A stretch of DNA of 64,000 bases from Cyanophora paradoxa CCMP329 (GCA_004431415.1 QPMI01000490.1:1-64000); one strand, 5' to 3'; shown: positions 11,731-24,160, counted from the stretch's first letter. Notes: generated by a model not told the origin, from the letters alone. Numbers and translations are program-made.

Positions 11731-12980
11731 TTAGGGGTACAGCCTGCATTCCCGGCGCCGTGAACGACAGCCCGTGCGCTACACGCGCAACTCGTCGCAT
11801 CGTTCTTAGCGCGCTCATTCGCCTGCGCAATCTCCAGCTAGGCCAACCCACCGCTAAGCGCGAAGCAACGCGGCGCGCTCCTTCGCCAACGCCAGCGCCA
11901 TCAAGGCGAACACAAGCGCTAGAAGCGCCGCTCGTCGTACCTTCGAAGCGCGCTCAGTCGCAGGGTGGCTGATACCCCGGCTCGAAGTAAGCATGCTCAG
12001 ACCCGATCCGCGCCTGCCGTCTAAACACAGACGACTTTTAACTTATATGTTTCAACAGGTTCCGATTACTTGATCATGGCGAAAACAAAAGCGTGCCATG
12101 GGATCTCACCTGGGATGTTCAGAGGAACGATGCAGAGGATCGAGCAGCCACATGATTATAGAGGACCGATCCGTGACTATAGTCACTTCTCCGACGTCAC
12201 TACTCTTATGAGAAACACACCGCATGTTGATCGCATCCAAATCGTTGAAGATGGAACGGTTCTGCAACGATTTCTGCAGATCGAGCCTATCCACATCTTC
12301 AGGCCATGGCAAGCCGGGCGTGACTTCGGTATTACCCTTACGTAAACCTCTACTTCTTCACGTCTCACCACCAGACGCCTGCCAGCTATCTCTCGGGCAC
12401 TCGATACGAAACTCCGCCTGCATCTGTCCTGTCCCTACACATCAGAACGTATCAGAGTGCCAGTTCAGTCAGTGTACTGCGTTCACCCGCACGTACGTGG
12501 TCGCATTCCCTTCATAAATTCCACATTATTCTTATCCCTGCGCAGTGTTTCGATTTCAACGAGCACTTGATATTCTCCCTTCATAATGAAGATTGGTCAG
12601 CTATTCGTCCTGCACTCATGGTCATGATCAAAGTTAAATCCTTTCCATAGGGAATGCCCATTCCAATTCTGCCAAAGACAAGCAGGTCTCCACAATCTCA
12701 TCATTGACGAGTTCTTCAAGTCCATCCTTGACGGGGTCTGTGCCCGATTTACCTTTACATCTCATAATTACTGATACCCTCATTCCAGACAACGCCTGCA
12801 GATCTCGCTGTCGAAATAGACAACACAGGAAGATGGCTGCCATGCGCTTCCGACAATATACCCGACTAGATCAAAATCTCCAAGCAAGGCTAGGCCGCGC
12901 ACCCCCATCAGTGCATCACCCCGCCCCGCCCTTCTCTGCCACATCCAACCCCGCCCCCGCCAGGGCGTCGCGAGTCGACC

Positions 12981-13055
12981 GCTGCGCCCCGGGCGGCTTA
13001 CTATATTCTAGTCCATGTCCTAGCTAAAGAGCATCGTACCACGGACTGAAAGCAA
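12981..13055 (+). repeat. Dispersed direct repeat, copy 2 (see 2847-2920)
   Basis: 36-bp identical core; preceded by gggcgtcgcgagtcga, which also occurs in the last array unit (about 2755-2770). Confidence 0.9.
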
Positions 13056-13982
13056 CGTGGCCCCCTAATCGATAGACCTATAGCTAGTAGTCTTCAGTCG
13101 AATCATAGCCACAAACATGGTCATCGTAGCAGTCTGTTTCGGTGCAGCATAGACGATTGCAGATTTCGCCGCGGGCCTTGCCGTATGCAAGGTGCTCTCC
13201 TGGCGCTGCTGGTGGTGCATGTCTCTCATTCTTGGCGCGAGGATCGCCGTATTGACGATCAAGAGGGTTTCGCTTCAGAATCCGCCGACAGCGTATAACT
13301 GTGTGATTGGGGCAGAGGGTTGTGACATAGAAGTAATCAAGCGCGCCCATGCGGACATGAGCCCATGTGCGATCGGTACAGACATCGCATTTTATCATCT
13401 CGCTGCTATGTTCCTCACAGTAGATGCTGCATAACAAGGGCGTTGGCTCCAGTCAGATATGTTGGTTTTGTGCGTAGGGTTGACCACTTAAACATCATAT
13501 ATATCCCTCGCGAACCTGCTACAGTTATCCGATGAGCACCGGTATACCGTATGCTGACGACCGCCAGTACTGGCCATGGAGGGAGCGTGAAAGTCGTCAT
13601 TGCAGAAAAGAACAGGACAGCCAGTGACGGATGAACACCGAGCAAGCCGGCACGTTCGTGCTGGTTCGAGCGGGCATGGGCCGTGCATACCGTCGATGGC
13701 AGGGCACGCGTACGGTCCGTGCGCACGCGCGTCGGCAATCTCATCCCCGGAACACGCTGCAGTCGAAGTAGGAGGTGGATCGGCTTCAGCTGCCGGCGCC
13801 ATTACGCTGTCTGGGCCCAGGCCTCAGTCTGACGTAGAGTCTCTGGCATCAAACCCGAACGGCGGCTTTTTTCCCAATATGCGTACGCGAACTCGGAGAG
13901 TTAGTCGACGATCGAGAACTAAAGTTAGTCCCAAATTTGAAATTTTGCGTTGAGTACGTACTCTAAACCATACCGAAGTGCA

Positions 13983-16417
13983 ATGGCACGTCAATCAAAG
14001 GCAGCTGCTGCTGCAGCCACGGCTGAGAAGAAGGACAACGTGCTCGAGCCGAAGAAGGCTGACGTGGCCGCGTCACTGGCGAAATCTGATGCCACTGCTG
14101 CTGCCGGGAAGGACCCGCTCCCTGTCGCCGTTGACGAGGCTTCGCCGGTGATCCCTACGCCGGTGGATGCGACGTGGACGACGCGGCACGCGCTGCCTGG
14201 GTGCGCTTGGAGTTAATCAATGTTCGGTCCGGCATGGTGCGGATTTAAGCTGACGATCGGCGCGATAGCAGGCTGAACGACGGCATGCCACGGGAAGGGG
14301 CAGCTGCAACTATCACGGCGGCAGTGGCATCGTCTCGCCCGTTGCCTGGCGCGTCCGGATCCATTTGCAATGCTGGGCAAGTGTACGTATTCTACGATCG
14401 CGTAATATTGGCTGTGACTAATACGACGTTATTCGTCCCTGCGTAGATCGGCTGCCGTGCCGGTCGCCACTAATTCGGCAAGTGCCACGGCTAATGGGAT
14501 TGTGATGCTATCGTACGTGCTTTTATAATCAATAGCATTTGTGCACGACGAGCGTCACAACCCTAATATATTTCCAGGCCCGCAAAGAAGGTTACTGTGG
14601 CGCGCACGTTCATGGATTTGAAGGATGGGAGGGATTTTAACGGTGTCGTGCGGATTGCGAACATGCACACCATAAGTGGAAGGAACGGAGGTGACACCAT
14701 CCGCGGTACTCTGGAGGATGAGGTGCGCAACCCCGTTGTAGCTGGGTAACATCATGTGTAATGTCAATGTGGCGATTTTATATAAGCTTTCTGCTCATCG
14801 ACGTACGCAATGCAGGTCGGCGATAAGGTGCCGCTCCGTATCTTCACAGGGGCGATGCTAACAAGTGCGGGAAAAAATGCCATCAAGGGAGACATGCTAA
14901 TCGATCAAGTGAACAATATAACCGAACACTTGAACGCAAGCTGCAACTCAGAAAATATGGTATACTCTCCCATTTACGTATACTTCCATTATCCGTATCA
15001 GTATGCTGACATGGAATATATCGATCAGTACTTAATCATGAAATCATCAAACAAAGCACGCTACTTGGTGAAAGGGACTGCGACCGAGAAACTGGCTTGG
15101 CCATTGACGCGAGACCGCACACTGCTGAAGGAGATCCAGATTAATTCTGGTAATGTCGGTCTAATCAACTTCGAATCAGTGAATGAGGAGGTCTGTCACT
15201 CATGTTTTACCTACATTCATATCGCGCGTATTCATTACCTGCTCACTTTTGCTGCCGTACGTTAGGATCCTCGTCTCATCGAGCTTCCTCACAAACTCGC
15301 GAATATGGATCGCGCATCATTTGTCATGATGCGCTACGACATCGTTTCCGACTTCAGGGGAGCAGCAGTTGACTATATGAATGTCAACAAACTGTGCGAC
15401 TCGAACAGGTTCAGCGAATGTGCGTGCTACTATAGATAACTGGGATGATACCACGTTTTTCGTCGCGCTCGTACCGTGTTTTATCGCTTCATCAGATAAC
15501 ATTGGATGCATCATCAAGGAGGAAGAGGACGGATACGTGTGCATGGACAAGCTCGGGTGTAAGGTGCCAGCTCGGTTTGGACTTGGCGCAAAGTTCGAGT
15601 CCCTCGGGGAGCTGTTCGACACCTACAGCATCGACGGGGTCGCGGACATCGTCGTTTCATTCGCGGAGGTTCGGACGTCTATACTGTAGTTAAACATGGT
15701 AAACGAATGCAAGGCGTAATTCACACGCATTCAAACGTAGTTCAAATTCGAGCGACCATCAGGCACCCCGACGGAACTGTGGTTTGGCTTCTTTTCTGAA
15801 GTAATGGGACTTGCGGAATTCGAGGAGAAAAAGAAGACCCTGCCGGTAGGGTTCGTCTCGAAGGCAATTAAAATTCCGGATGCGAGTGCTCGCTTGCATG
15901 CATCTGTCCCGTTTGGTAATGGGTCGAACCGAGTTGGTGCGGAAGTTCAGCCTATCGGTTTTAACCTGTGTAACCCTTTCATGCAGCGCTCTTCGCCGGC
16001 GGTACCGGCCCGACAGGGAGCACCCCGAATTTGTCGGGTACGACCGGATCCCTGTCAAGGTTGGAAATGGTGGATCAGCGATCGCTCTGAATGGAATCTC
16101 AAGCTCGCCGATGGCAATGGCAGCAATGAACATGCCGATGCAGCTGCGCCTGAGCCTGAAGGACAATCCGTTCGCGGTGTCTCGCGATCGCACTGGAAGT
16201 GAGGCTTCTTTTCCTAATGGGCTCGTTGAGCGCGAGGTATATGACTTTCCGTACATTGCATATGCCACGTTCCAGCTAATCTCGTAGCAGGCAACTATCG
16301 CAAAGCGGAAGAAGGGAGGCAAGGACGAAGCCAAAACTTCAAAGAAACAGAAGAACGTGAGCGTGGAGTCGGAGTCAGATGCGGAGGTGGACGACGAGGA
16401 GGAGGAAGAAAATTGAA
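13983..16417 (+). CDS. Multi-exon gene for an unknown protein with an Ala/Lys-rich N-terminus, basic NLS-like patch and acidic C-terminal tail
   Basis: ATG 13983 (MARQSKAAAA); exon-like ORFs 14810-15190, 15381-15667 and 15880-16236 bounded by GT/AG; last exon ATIAKRKKGGKDEAKTSKKQKNVSVESESDAEVDDEEEEEN followed by TGA at 16415-16417. Confidence 0.6.
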
Positions 16418-16897
16418 CGGACCGACTCATGGCTCTGCATCTAATTCATAGATTCCATATATTCATTCATAGTTTGAACATTTGTCATGTATAGCACAAT
16501 GGCGGGAGGGTAGTAACCGGGTAGCATTATATATATATAGGTTTTCGTAGGTCATTTCGCTTCGCATACGAGATAAAGAGTGTAAATCAATTTCTTATAA
16601 AGTATCACGCAACGATGGCATACGAATCAACCGCACCGGGGCGCGGTTGGCTAGGTTGGGAAGCTGGGCGACCGCGGGCCGGGGCGCTGTAGCTCCGAGG
16701 GCGTGCTCCTGGTAGCGGACGCTAGATGGCAGGGCCAAAGCGCTGGAAGAGGGCCCGGAATGCGTCGGTAACATATTCTCACGTGCTGCATCCCTACGAA
16801 GCATGATGCACGCGACGTACACTGCGAGCACCCCTACGCTTGGTGCGCGCTTTCGATTGCGTACCCGGCCAGTCCGTGCATCTGATCCGCGTCAACT

Positions 16898-17457
16898 ATG
16901 GCGCGTGTGAAGGTGACGCCGAAGAAATCCGATCAACGGATGGCCTCCAAGGCCGCCACCGGGTCCCGCGGTCCGCGCAGGGCCAAGACGGGAACGAAGA
17001 GTGTCATTCCGGGAAGGAAACCTCACCGTTCTCGTCCAGGTGCGAATGCTATCGCCCCATATCGTACCTCGCGGTGCGTGGATGATTACCACGTCAGCCC
17101 GAACCCGCAGGCACCGTCGCGCTTCGTGAAATCCGCAAATACCAGAAGACGACAGATCTCCTCCTTCGCAAGCTGCCGTTCCAGCGGCTGGTGCGCGAGA
17201 TCGCACAGAACTACGGCATGCCGGACAAGCGCTTCCAATCCTCCAGCGTCCTTGCGCTACAGGAAGCCAGCGAGGCGTACCTTATCGGCCTTTTCCAGGA
17301 CGCAAATCTATGCGCTATCCACGCAAAGAGGTGCATTGCGACCTACTGATCATGAATACAACTACACTGCTTACATCTTACAGGCCCGACGCGCAGGGTG
17401 ACGCTCATGCCAAAGGATATGCAACTCGCCCGTCGCATCCGAGGCGAGCGCACATAA
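16898..17457 (+). CDS. H3: Divergent histone H3 variant, 140 aa, 3 exons (16898-17039, 17111-17330, 17397-17457)
   Basis: Spliced translation: [140 protein letters not shown]. Canonical GT-AG introns; AATAAA at 17586. Confidence 0.95.
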
Positions 17458-18079
17458 ATCGTACGATTTCCAGGACGTGAGGTGTGCTCCGACAACTCCG
17501 GTGTAATCCAATTCAGGATACAGTATGTTTAACGCTTCACGAGATTATGTTGCACGTACACTCAATGCAACGGATTGAAAACCGTAATAAAGCCCGTTGA
17601 GTAACGCGACGGACCAACCATCGGACGTGCACTAATTCAGCGGCACGTTATCGAATACAGATGCACATGCTACTTGCATACTGCAGTGACTCGCTCATGT
17701 TGCACAGTCTTCCACTACTCTGGGTAATGCCTGGAGACGGGGGCTGGTCCAGTTGGAAGCCAGCGCCGGGTTGCTTGCGGGGGGGCATGGCCGGGAGCGA
17801 CGGAGTACGGGGCACTACGGGGCGGCAAGGACGATGCGCTGCGGCGGGCCGGTGCATGGGGGCGGATCGCGCGGGGCGGAGGGCGATGGGCTGCCTCCAC
17901 ATCTCTCGGCTGACGTGCGCAAGATTGTGCTCACCCCGGTCGCCATCGCCCTTGCATGACCGACTCATCATATCGCTGACGGATGACGTTTGCCACGTTC
18001 TCGTCCGCGCTCCTGTAACGACATCGGAATCAAGATTTTATAGTATGGCGAAGTGTAGAGACGTGTTGACAAATTAAAG

Positions 18080-21034
18080 GGAGAGGGGGGCGACGGTACA
18101 TGAGGAGGGGGGGGGAGGGCGGTAGGGGGGGAGGGGGGTATGGAGCTTACCGCCGAATGGCCTCCTCCGCGAGTACGGCCACCTGCATTGCAAGAGTCAG
18201 CCGTCATACTGAAAACGTCATTATCGGTAGTCCTATGCTTCGGTATGATTGAGTGTAAAAATCGTGTGGACCCTACAGTCGATCAAGTACAGAATCAAAT
18301 CGAGCCGGCCGGGGACGCCGATGCCGGCGCCTTTGCAAATCTCCACCAGCCGACCCCGAAACATCTTCATTGGATACAGCAGCAGCTCCGGCCCTGTCAA
18401 TGGCAGCTCCTGCATGCACTGTAACCTGCTGCAGCGTTGGCTGAGAGTTCACGTAAGGGAAAATGGACGGACTCTGGAGATCCATCAGGGAGCGTGACAA
18501 ATTGGCGAATATACGCGAGGACGGTGGGAGGCGTCCAGGTCATCACCGTCGCGGAGTCCGGGCCCACGGTACCCGGAGGTTGGGCTCCCATGTTCCCCGT
18601 GTTATCGTCGTCAACGCTGTCGCTCGCGGCATGTACCGGTGCGTTGGCATCTGACGTTGGATTACTAGGTGGTCAGAGACGACGTTCCAATAGAATATAA
18701 CTTCGCTAGATCTAAAGTTGCTAGCTCAGGCACTGATAGCGCCTGCACGACCGCACGTCCGTAATAGCGCACCTGCCTCCGGTCGTACTCTCTCGGTTCT
18801 CGCCCCTGCTCTCCGAATTAATCGGGTAGCCCGAATATTTAAACTCGATAGGTAATAATTCGCACACCCTCTGATGAGACTTTAGCCTTCTTCGAATTCC
18901 GCGTGTTCGCACTTGGGCCCCCGTCCTTCTTTGCAGCAGAAGAGCTCTCCTCGATCACACTACCCGCCGATTCGTACGCCTCCTCGTCCTCGTACGCGTC
19001 CTCCCCATCCGTCTCGCCCTCTACTCAAGGCGCCATGCGTCAGCGATTACTCACATCGCATCGCTCGACATACCACTACTGGTTTCAGCGTTGTACTTGG
19101 GGCAGGTCTTCATGTGATTGGACAGGGTCTTCTTGCTGGCATACGTGCGATTGCAATTAGCAGCGGGGCAAGGGAGACGGTCGTCGTCGGCCTTCTTGCT
19201 CGTAGCTTCGGAAGCTGCTGGATAAATTCAATGAGTACCGTTCGCACACCAGCCGGCGCACATGAGAGGCATGTTTGGCACCTGACTTCCGTTTGCATGC
19301 ATCAATGTGCGTCCCCTTTCCTTTGAACGTTATGCCACAGTTATCACAAATAAACGGCGCCTGCTTCTTTCGCGCTTTCCCAGACGATCCTGCATCTCAG
19401 TCAGATCGGCTGCAGTTATGCATGATGTATGGGGAATGCAGTCAGCGATCGTGACCGTACCCCGTGACGCCTCGGTGCCCTTTCCTGCATCAGTCGACTC
19501 CGCCCCCTTCGAACCCTCGCGCTGGTTGCCTGCAATTGAGTCTAAGGGGTCGCTCCCTCGAGGGTGTTCGGGGACCTCTTAAATTCAACGCATCCTGCCG
19601 CTCACCAGGCCCTCCAGGTTGACTGTCTATACCTCGAGACTTGCCTGCGAGCATGTGAACTGTGACCATCTCGAGTGGATATTACGGTGCACCGGTTGCG
19701 TACCTTTCGATGTGGCGACGGGTGGTACGCCCGCCACCTCGCCTGCTTCCTTGCCCTTGCCAGTACCGCGCGATGACGCCATGCCTGCGGGCTCGAAGGA
19801 CAATTAACTGCCGTATCCTTGCGACAGACGCTGCTCCCTTCGTTCGTGCACCTGATGAACGAACCGTAGTCTGGGGGGGGCTTGATGCCCGCTCTTGTTT
19901 CACTTCGTCCGGGCGCCGCCACAGATTGGGCGGCGCAGGGACATTCGATCTCGTGGTTCTCGCCTGGGGGGGGCTTGATGCCCGTTCTTGTTTCACTTCG
20001 TCCGGGCGCCGCCGCATATTGGGCGGCGCAGGGACATTAGATCTTGTGGTTCGCATTGCATCGGCGGGCTCGACTTTCGGCTGTACAGCGCGACCATCTT
20101 TGTACGCATCAGAACTACATATATCGCGCCAATTTCAAAGTTCCAATGACCGCACCTGTGCTGTGACGCCGCGGGCTCTTCTCTGATAGGCGCATCCCAT
20201 CTGCGGCTCCAGCATTGCTGCCGCCTATTACGCCTGGCACCCGCCCGAGCCTGCCGCAGAGCCGAACCGAGGTTGTCAGTCGCATCGTTCTAGCGGGGCT
20301 GCGCGCATGCACCTGCTATGTCGCCTTGGTCGCTCGAACCTGGTCCTGGGCCAATCGTGACGTCACACCGCGAGCCATCGGAGGTCAGTTCCTTCACTCC
20401 GGCTGATCCACTATCGCTGCCGCCGGGTGTACATGCGCCCCCGTCCAAGCCTGCCGCCAACCCGAAGTTGTCAGTCGCTTCGTTCGAGAGGGGGTCCGGG
20501 CAGGCACCTGCGATGTCGCCTTCAGCCGGCGCGCTCGCAGTCTGACTGTCGCCTTCCGCGGGTTATTTGCCGTCGCCGCCGCGCGCGCCGTCCCGCCCGT
20601 GTCCTTTGCACCTTCTGCCGAGTCCAGATCGATCACTGCTCGATTACAGTCAGCGTCAGGGCGCGGCGCTCGCTTAGTCTACGGTATCACCTGGAGCTCC
20701 GTCGCCTTCGGCATCGCCTGAAAGCGCCGGCGCCTCGCTCGTCGTCTTTCTCGACTCCATTGTCTCGTCGGCCGAGTCCAGATCAATCACTGCTCCAGTC
20801 CGGTCAACGCCAGCACGCTGCGCTTCCGTGGCACTCTCACCTGATTGAGCCGCTAGCGCTCCTGCCGTACTGTTCCCTTCCATGTCCCTTTCGGCCGCGC
20901 CACCGCCCTCGTCGTCTTGTGCGAGCCTCTCGGTACGATCGTCGCCGGCGTGCGGCGAACCACACTCTCGCTCCATGTGCACCTAGTGCTGCGGCTGTCA
21001 GCTGGTTCCCTGTGGTGATGCTGTGCACGTGCAC
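18080..21034 (-). CDS. Multi-exon low-complexity protein with C-terminal SAM-like domain and two SIM-like motifs (boundaries approximate)
   Basis: Removing intron 18426-18472 gives VMTWTPPTVLAYIRQFVTLPDGSPELQCMQELPLTGPELLLYPMKMFRGRLVEICKGAGIGVPGRLDLILYLIDCR, matching the SAM pattern W-T-x-x-x-V...G-x-x-L-L...G-I-x-x-x-G-R. AVIDLDSA occurs twice (about 20617 and 20771). Acidic patch near 18990. Confidence 0.45.
19871..20052. repeat. Tandem duplication, 2 x 93 bp (31 codons)
   Basis: ctggggggggcttgatgcccg...acatt(c/a)gatct(c/t)gtggttc starts at 19871 and 19964. Frame-preserving in the minus ORF (RTTRSNVPAPPN..RRPDEVKQERASSPPQ twice). Confidence 0.9.
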
Positions 21035-21110
21035 CCGACGCTCTGGTCTTCAGCTTCCTTACCTGCTCGCACCTGGCGTCTTACGCGCTTATTCCAACGT
21101 GTACCCCTTC

Positions 21111-21135
21111 GACCAGCCGTCCTGGACGGCTGCTC
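21111..21135 (-). repeat. 25-bp palindromic motif, right copy of the inverted pair with 2971-2995
   Basis: gaccagccgtcctggacggctgctc. Confidence 0.85.
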
Positions 21136-21536
21136 CCTTAGCTTCATTATAAGCTCATACTCGGAAGCCCGACGTCGACGGGCGGCGGCTGGGCTCCTGG
21201 TGCGACACGGGGATTGATCAGGCGGCTGAGGTCCGGATCGCTGGGCGCAGTTACCGTAGTACGTATACGGGCGGAGACCCGCCAGACGCGTACGTATACG
21301 TACACCGGATCCTGAGTACTAGTGGATCGCCGCGCCGGCGCTGCGGCCGGCGCCGGGCCGCACCTCCGACCCGGGCCGGGCCGGCGGCGGGCCGCGCCCG
21401 GCCTGCGGCAATAAGCAAGGCATGAGGAGGACCTGCAAACCCTCCGAATTACCTGCAGCTGATCGATGTAACATAGCTAGCTACCAATATTAATAGTGCT
21501 CTAGATCTCGCCGGGCCTATAGCTAGGCATCCGGAT

Positions 21537-22038
21537 TAGGGCTGCGCCCAGTGAGGTCCGCGGGCTCACTTTGTGAGTGAGCTTTTTGCGTCCCACTCAC
21601 TCAGTCACTGTAGTGAGCAGCGGGTACGTTTTCGTATACGCGAAAAACGACCTAAAACGACCTAAAACGACCCAGATTTTGCCGTGTTTTCAGGCGCTTC
21701 GTGCCGTAACTGCCAGCTGTTTCCGCGGGCTTCTAAAATGTCGAGACTCTGAGAGGTCGTTTCGAATCTCAAATTGGTCATGGTCAGCATCGCGCGCGGT
21801 GCTGCTAGCGCTACGCTATGCGCATGTAGATCTGACTCAAAAGTACCCCCGGCCCAAATCGTTAGGTGGGGCGCCTGGGTCGTGATTTCATGGCGCCAGA
21901 TACCCCCCCGCGCGGCGCGGGCTGAGGTCTGGCTCACTCGCCCCATACATTTTTCTTTGTACGAGTGAGCCAAAATCCTCACTCAGTGAGTGGAGTGAGA
22001 CCCTCGACCCTCCACTGATCTCACTGGACCCAGCCCTA
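21537..22038. mobile_element. Non-autonomous hAT-type element (MITE), 502 bp
   Basis: Terminal inverted repeats tagggctgcgcccagtgag / ctcactggacccagcccta; exact 8-bp TSD atccggat (21529-21536, 22039-22046); subterminal gagtgag/ctcactc repeats. Confidence 0.9.
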
Positions 22039-22829
22039 ATCCGGATCCGGATCCGGGCCGCGGCCGGTACTTTTTTTTGCAAAAGTGGACGTCGCATTGA
22101 TACACCACGGCACATGTATCAATGTTCTACGTGACGTGCCCTTCCGACCGGTCAACTATCTAGCCGAAGGTGCTAGCTAGGTGCCGGCCATGGGTCGCGG
22201 GCCGCGGCCGGTACGAGGTCCCCCGGCAGCGGGCGCGCGAGGGTAGGAGGTGGAGCTCGAGCGGGCGCTAAATCTAGTACTAGTACTGATACTTGTTGCG
22301 CGTTCATGCAAACAATCCGAATTACCTGCAGCTGATCGATGCAGCACAGCTATATAGCTAGCTACCAATATTAATAGCGCTCTTCACGACTCTCCTCCTC
22401 TCGCGATTGCAGACCCCCGCCGCCGGGAGGTCGATGTCGTACCCCATCATTCCTTCTACCCTTCCGATTTTCATCCCTCAGCACTCTCGCTCCTCCCTAT
22501 TTACCCGGTTTAATTCTGATGATATATACGAAATATTTCAAAATTACGGGCGCCGGCTACTATAGGTATTAAATATTTGAATTCTGCGTGAAAATTATAT
22601 ATGTTGTCCGGATATCGATCTATCCTTCTGGCATTTTAAACATTTCCGTGCCGGCGGAGACCTGATACAGACCAGAGGCTGCACTGCCCCGGGGCAGGAA
22701 TGTTTATAGTACAGTATTCAATGATTAGTACTATGAATCGTCTATGATATACTATGATATACGTAGTACTATATATGAACTTCGGAAGTTAGCTACTGCC
22801 ACCTACTCGCTACGAGTTATGGCTCTATG

Positions 22830-23353
22830 TAGGGTTGCCGGTAGGAAGTTTCCATGCATGGAAACTTCCTAGGAAGTGCGAAGTTTCCGTTTCTGTTTCC
22901 ATGGGGGGATGGAAACTTCCTAGGAAACTGGCGCTCTCATACAAAAGCCGCGGTTGGAGCCACGGCGGAAACCCCCTGAAACGCACAGTTCGAGGCTCCA
23001 GAACGATGTCTTAAGTGTAATAACCGGCATCACATTCGAAAACAAGCTTAGTTGCGTCAGGAATCAAGCACTTTCAGGCTTCTGCCAGGCTGGGTCCCTG
23101 TGTGAAGGCCTACTTATACCCCCCCTGAGCCACCCACAAAATGCTTGTGTCTGCAGCGAATTAACGCATCAGGAACGTGAGATAGCACAGAAAAGGCATC
23201 CAGACAACTCTAAACGCCCTGTCTTACGCGAGAACAGTCGCGAGACGCGCTGGTATGGGAAAGTTCGGAAGTTTCCTAGGAAACTATGGAAACTTCCTAT
23301 CAGTTTCCGTTTCCATGGGGGCGTAGGAAACTTCCTAGGAAGCGGCAACCCTA
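22830..23353. mobile_element. Non-autonomous hAT-type element (MITE), 524 bp
   Basis: Terminal inverted repeats tagggttgccg / cggcaacccta; exact 8-bp TSD gctctatg (22822-22829, 23354-23361); subterminal ggaaacttcct repeats. Confidence 0.92.
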
Positions 23354-24160
23354 GCTCTATGGCGCGATTTCCGCCATACAAACCTTTTTCCGAGTCAAGT
23401 TGATTGACTCAACTCGGCAGAGGCCTCGACCACTGCCAATGGCCGCCCGGTCACCGGGTGCCCGGTTTCGAGTCAAATTAGTGTTGCCAGGTGCCCGCGT
23501 TTTCCCCGTACTAATTCGACTTGAAAATGCCAGTGTATTCTGATTGGGCACGTGACAGTATATTTCGCATGCTATATAAAAGCTGCTGTTGGCAGTTACT
23601 AGCCGGCAGTTACTAGGACTGTACCAGGTAGCTACTAGAACCTTCCAGGTAGCTAATTTACATAAGGGCAAGATCTGCCAGCCGCGCATCCGGCGCCTGC
23701 CAATCTGGAGTTTGCCCCCAGTTCGCCAGGAAACTCCGCCTAAGGCCCATAACTCGTAGCGTATCATAGTATATATACGTACTGCCAGGCTACTGCCAGG
23801 CTGGCCGCAAGTTCCGCAACTGGCCGTTACTACTGGCGGCGAGTCCGGATGGCGATATGAACTACCGGCAGTACTTGCCAAGTTGGCAAGTGTACCCGCC
23901 GTTACCCGGTGTCATTATACCGCCGGCTACTAGCCCAGCTAGCCAAGTAGTAGGCTAGCCGCGAGCCGCTAGCGCTGTCTAAGATCGAAGTTAGATCTAT
24001 GTTAGATGAGAACTTAGATCTAGCTCGGCTATTAGAAATATAGTACCTATATGAGGCTATATCATAGTATATAGGCTGGTAGAAATATTTAGTATGCTGC
24101 ATATTGTATATTTTTGTTTTTGGTAAATTTCATGGCATATATGGCTTGGCCCGTTATGGC

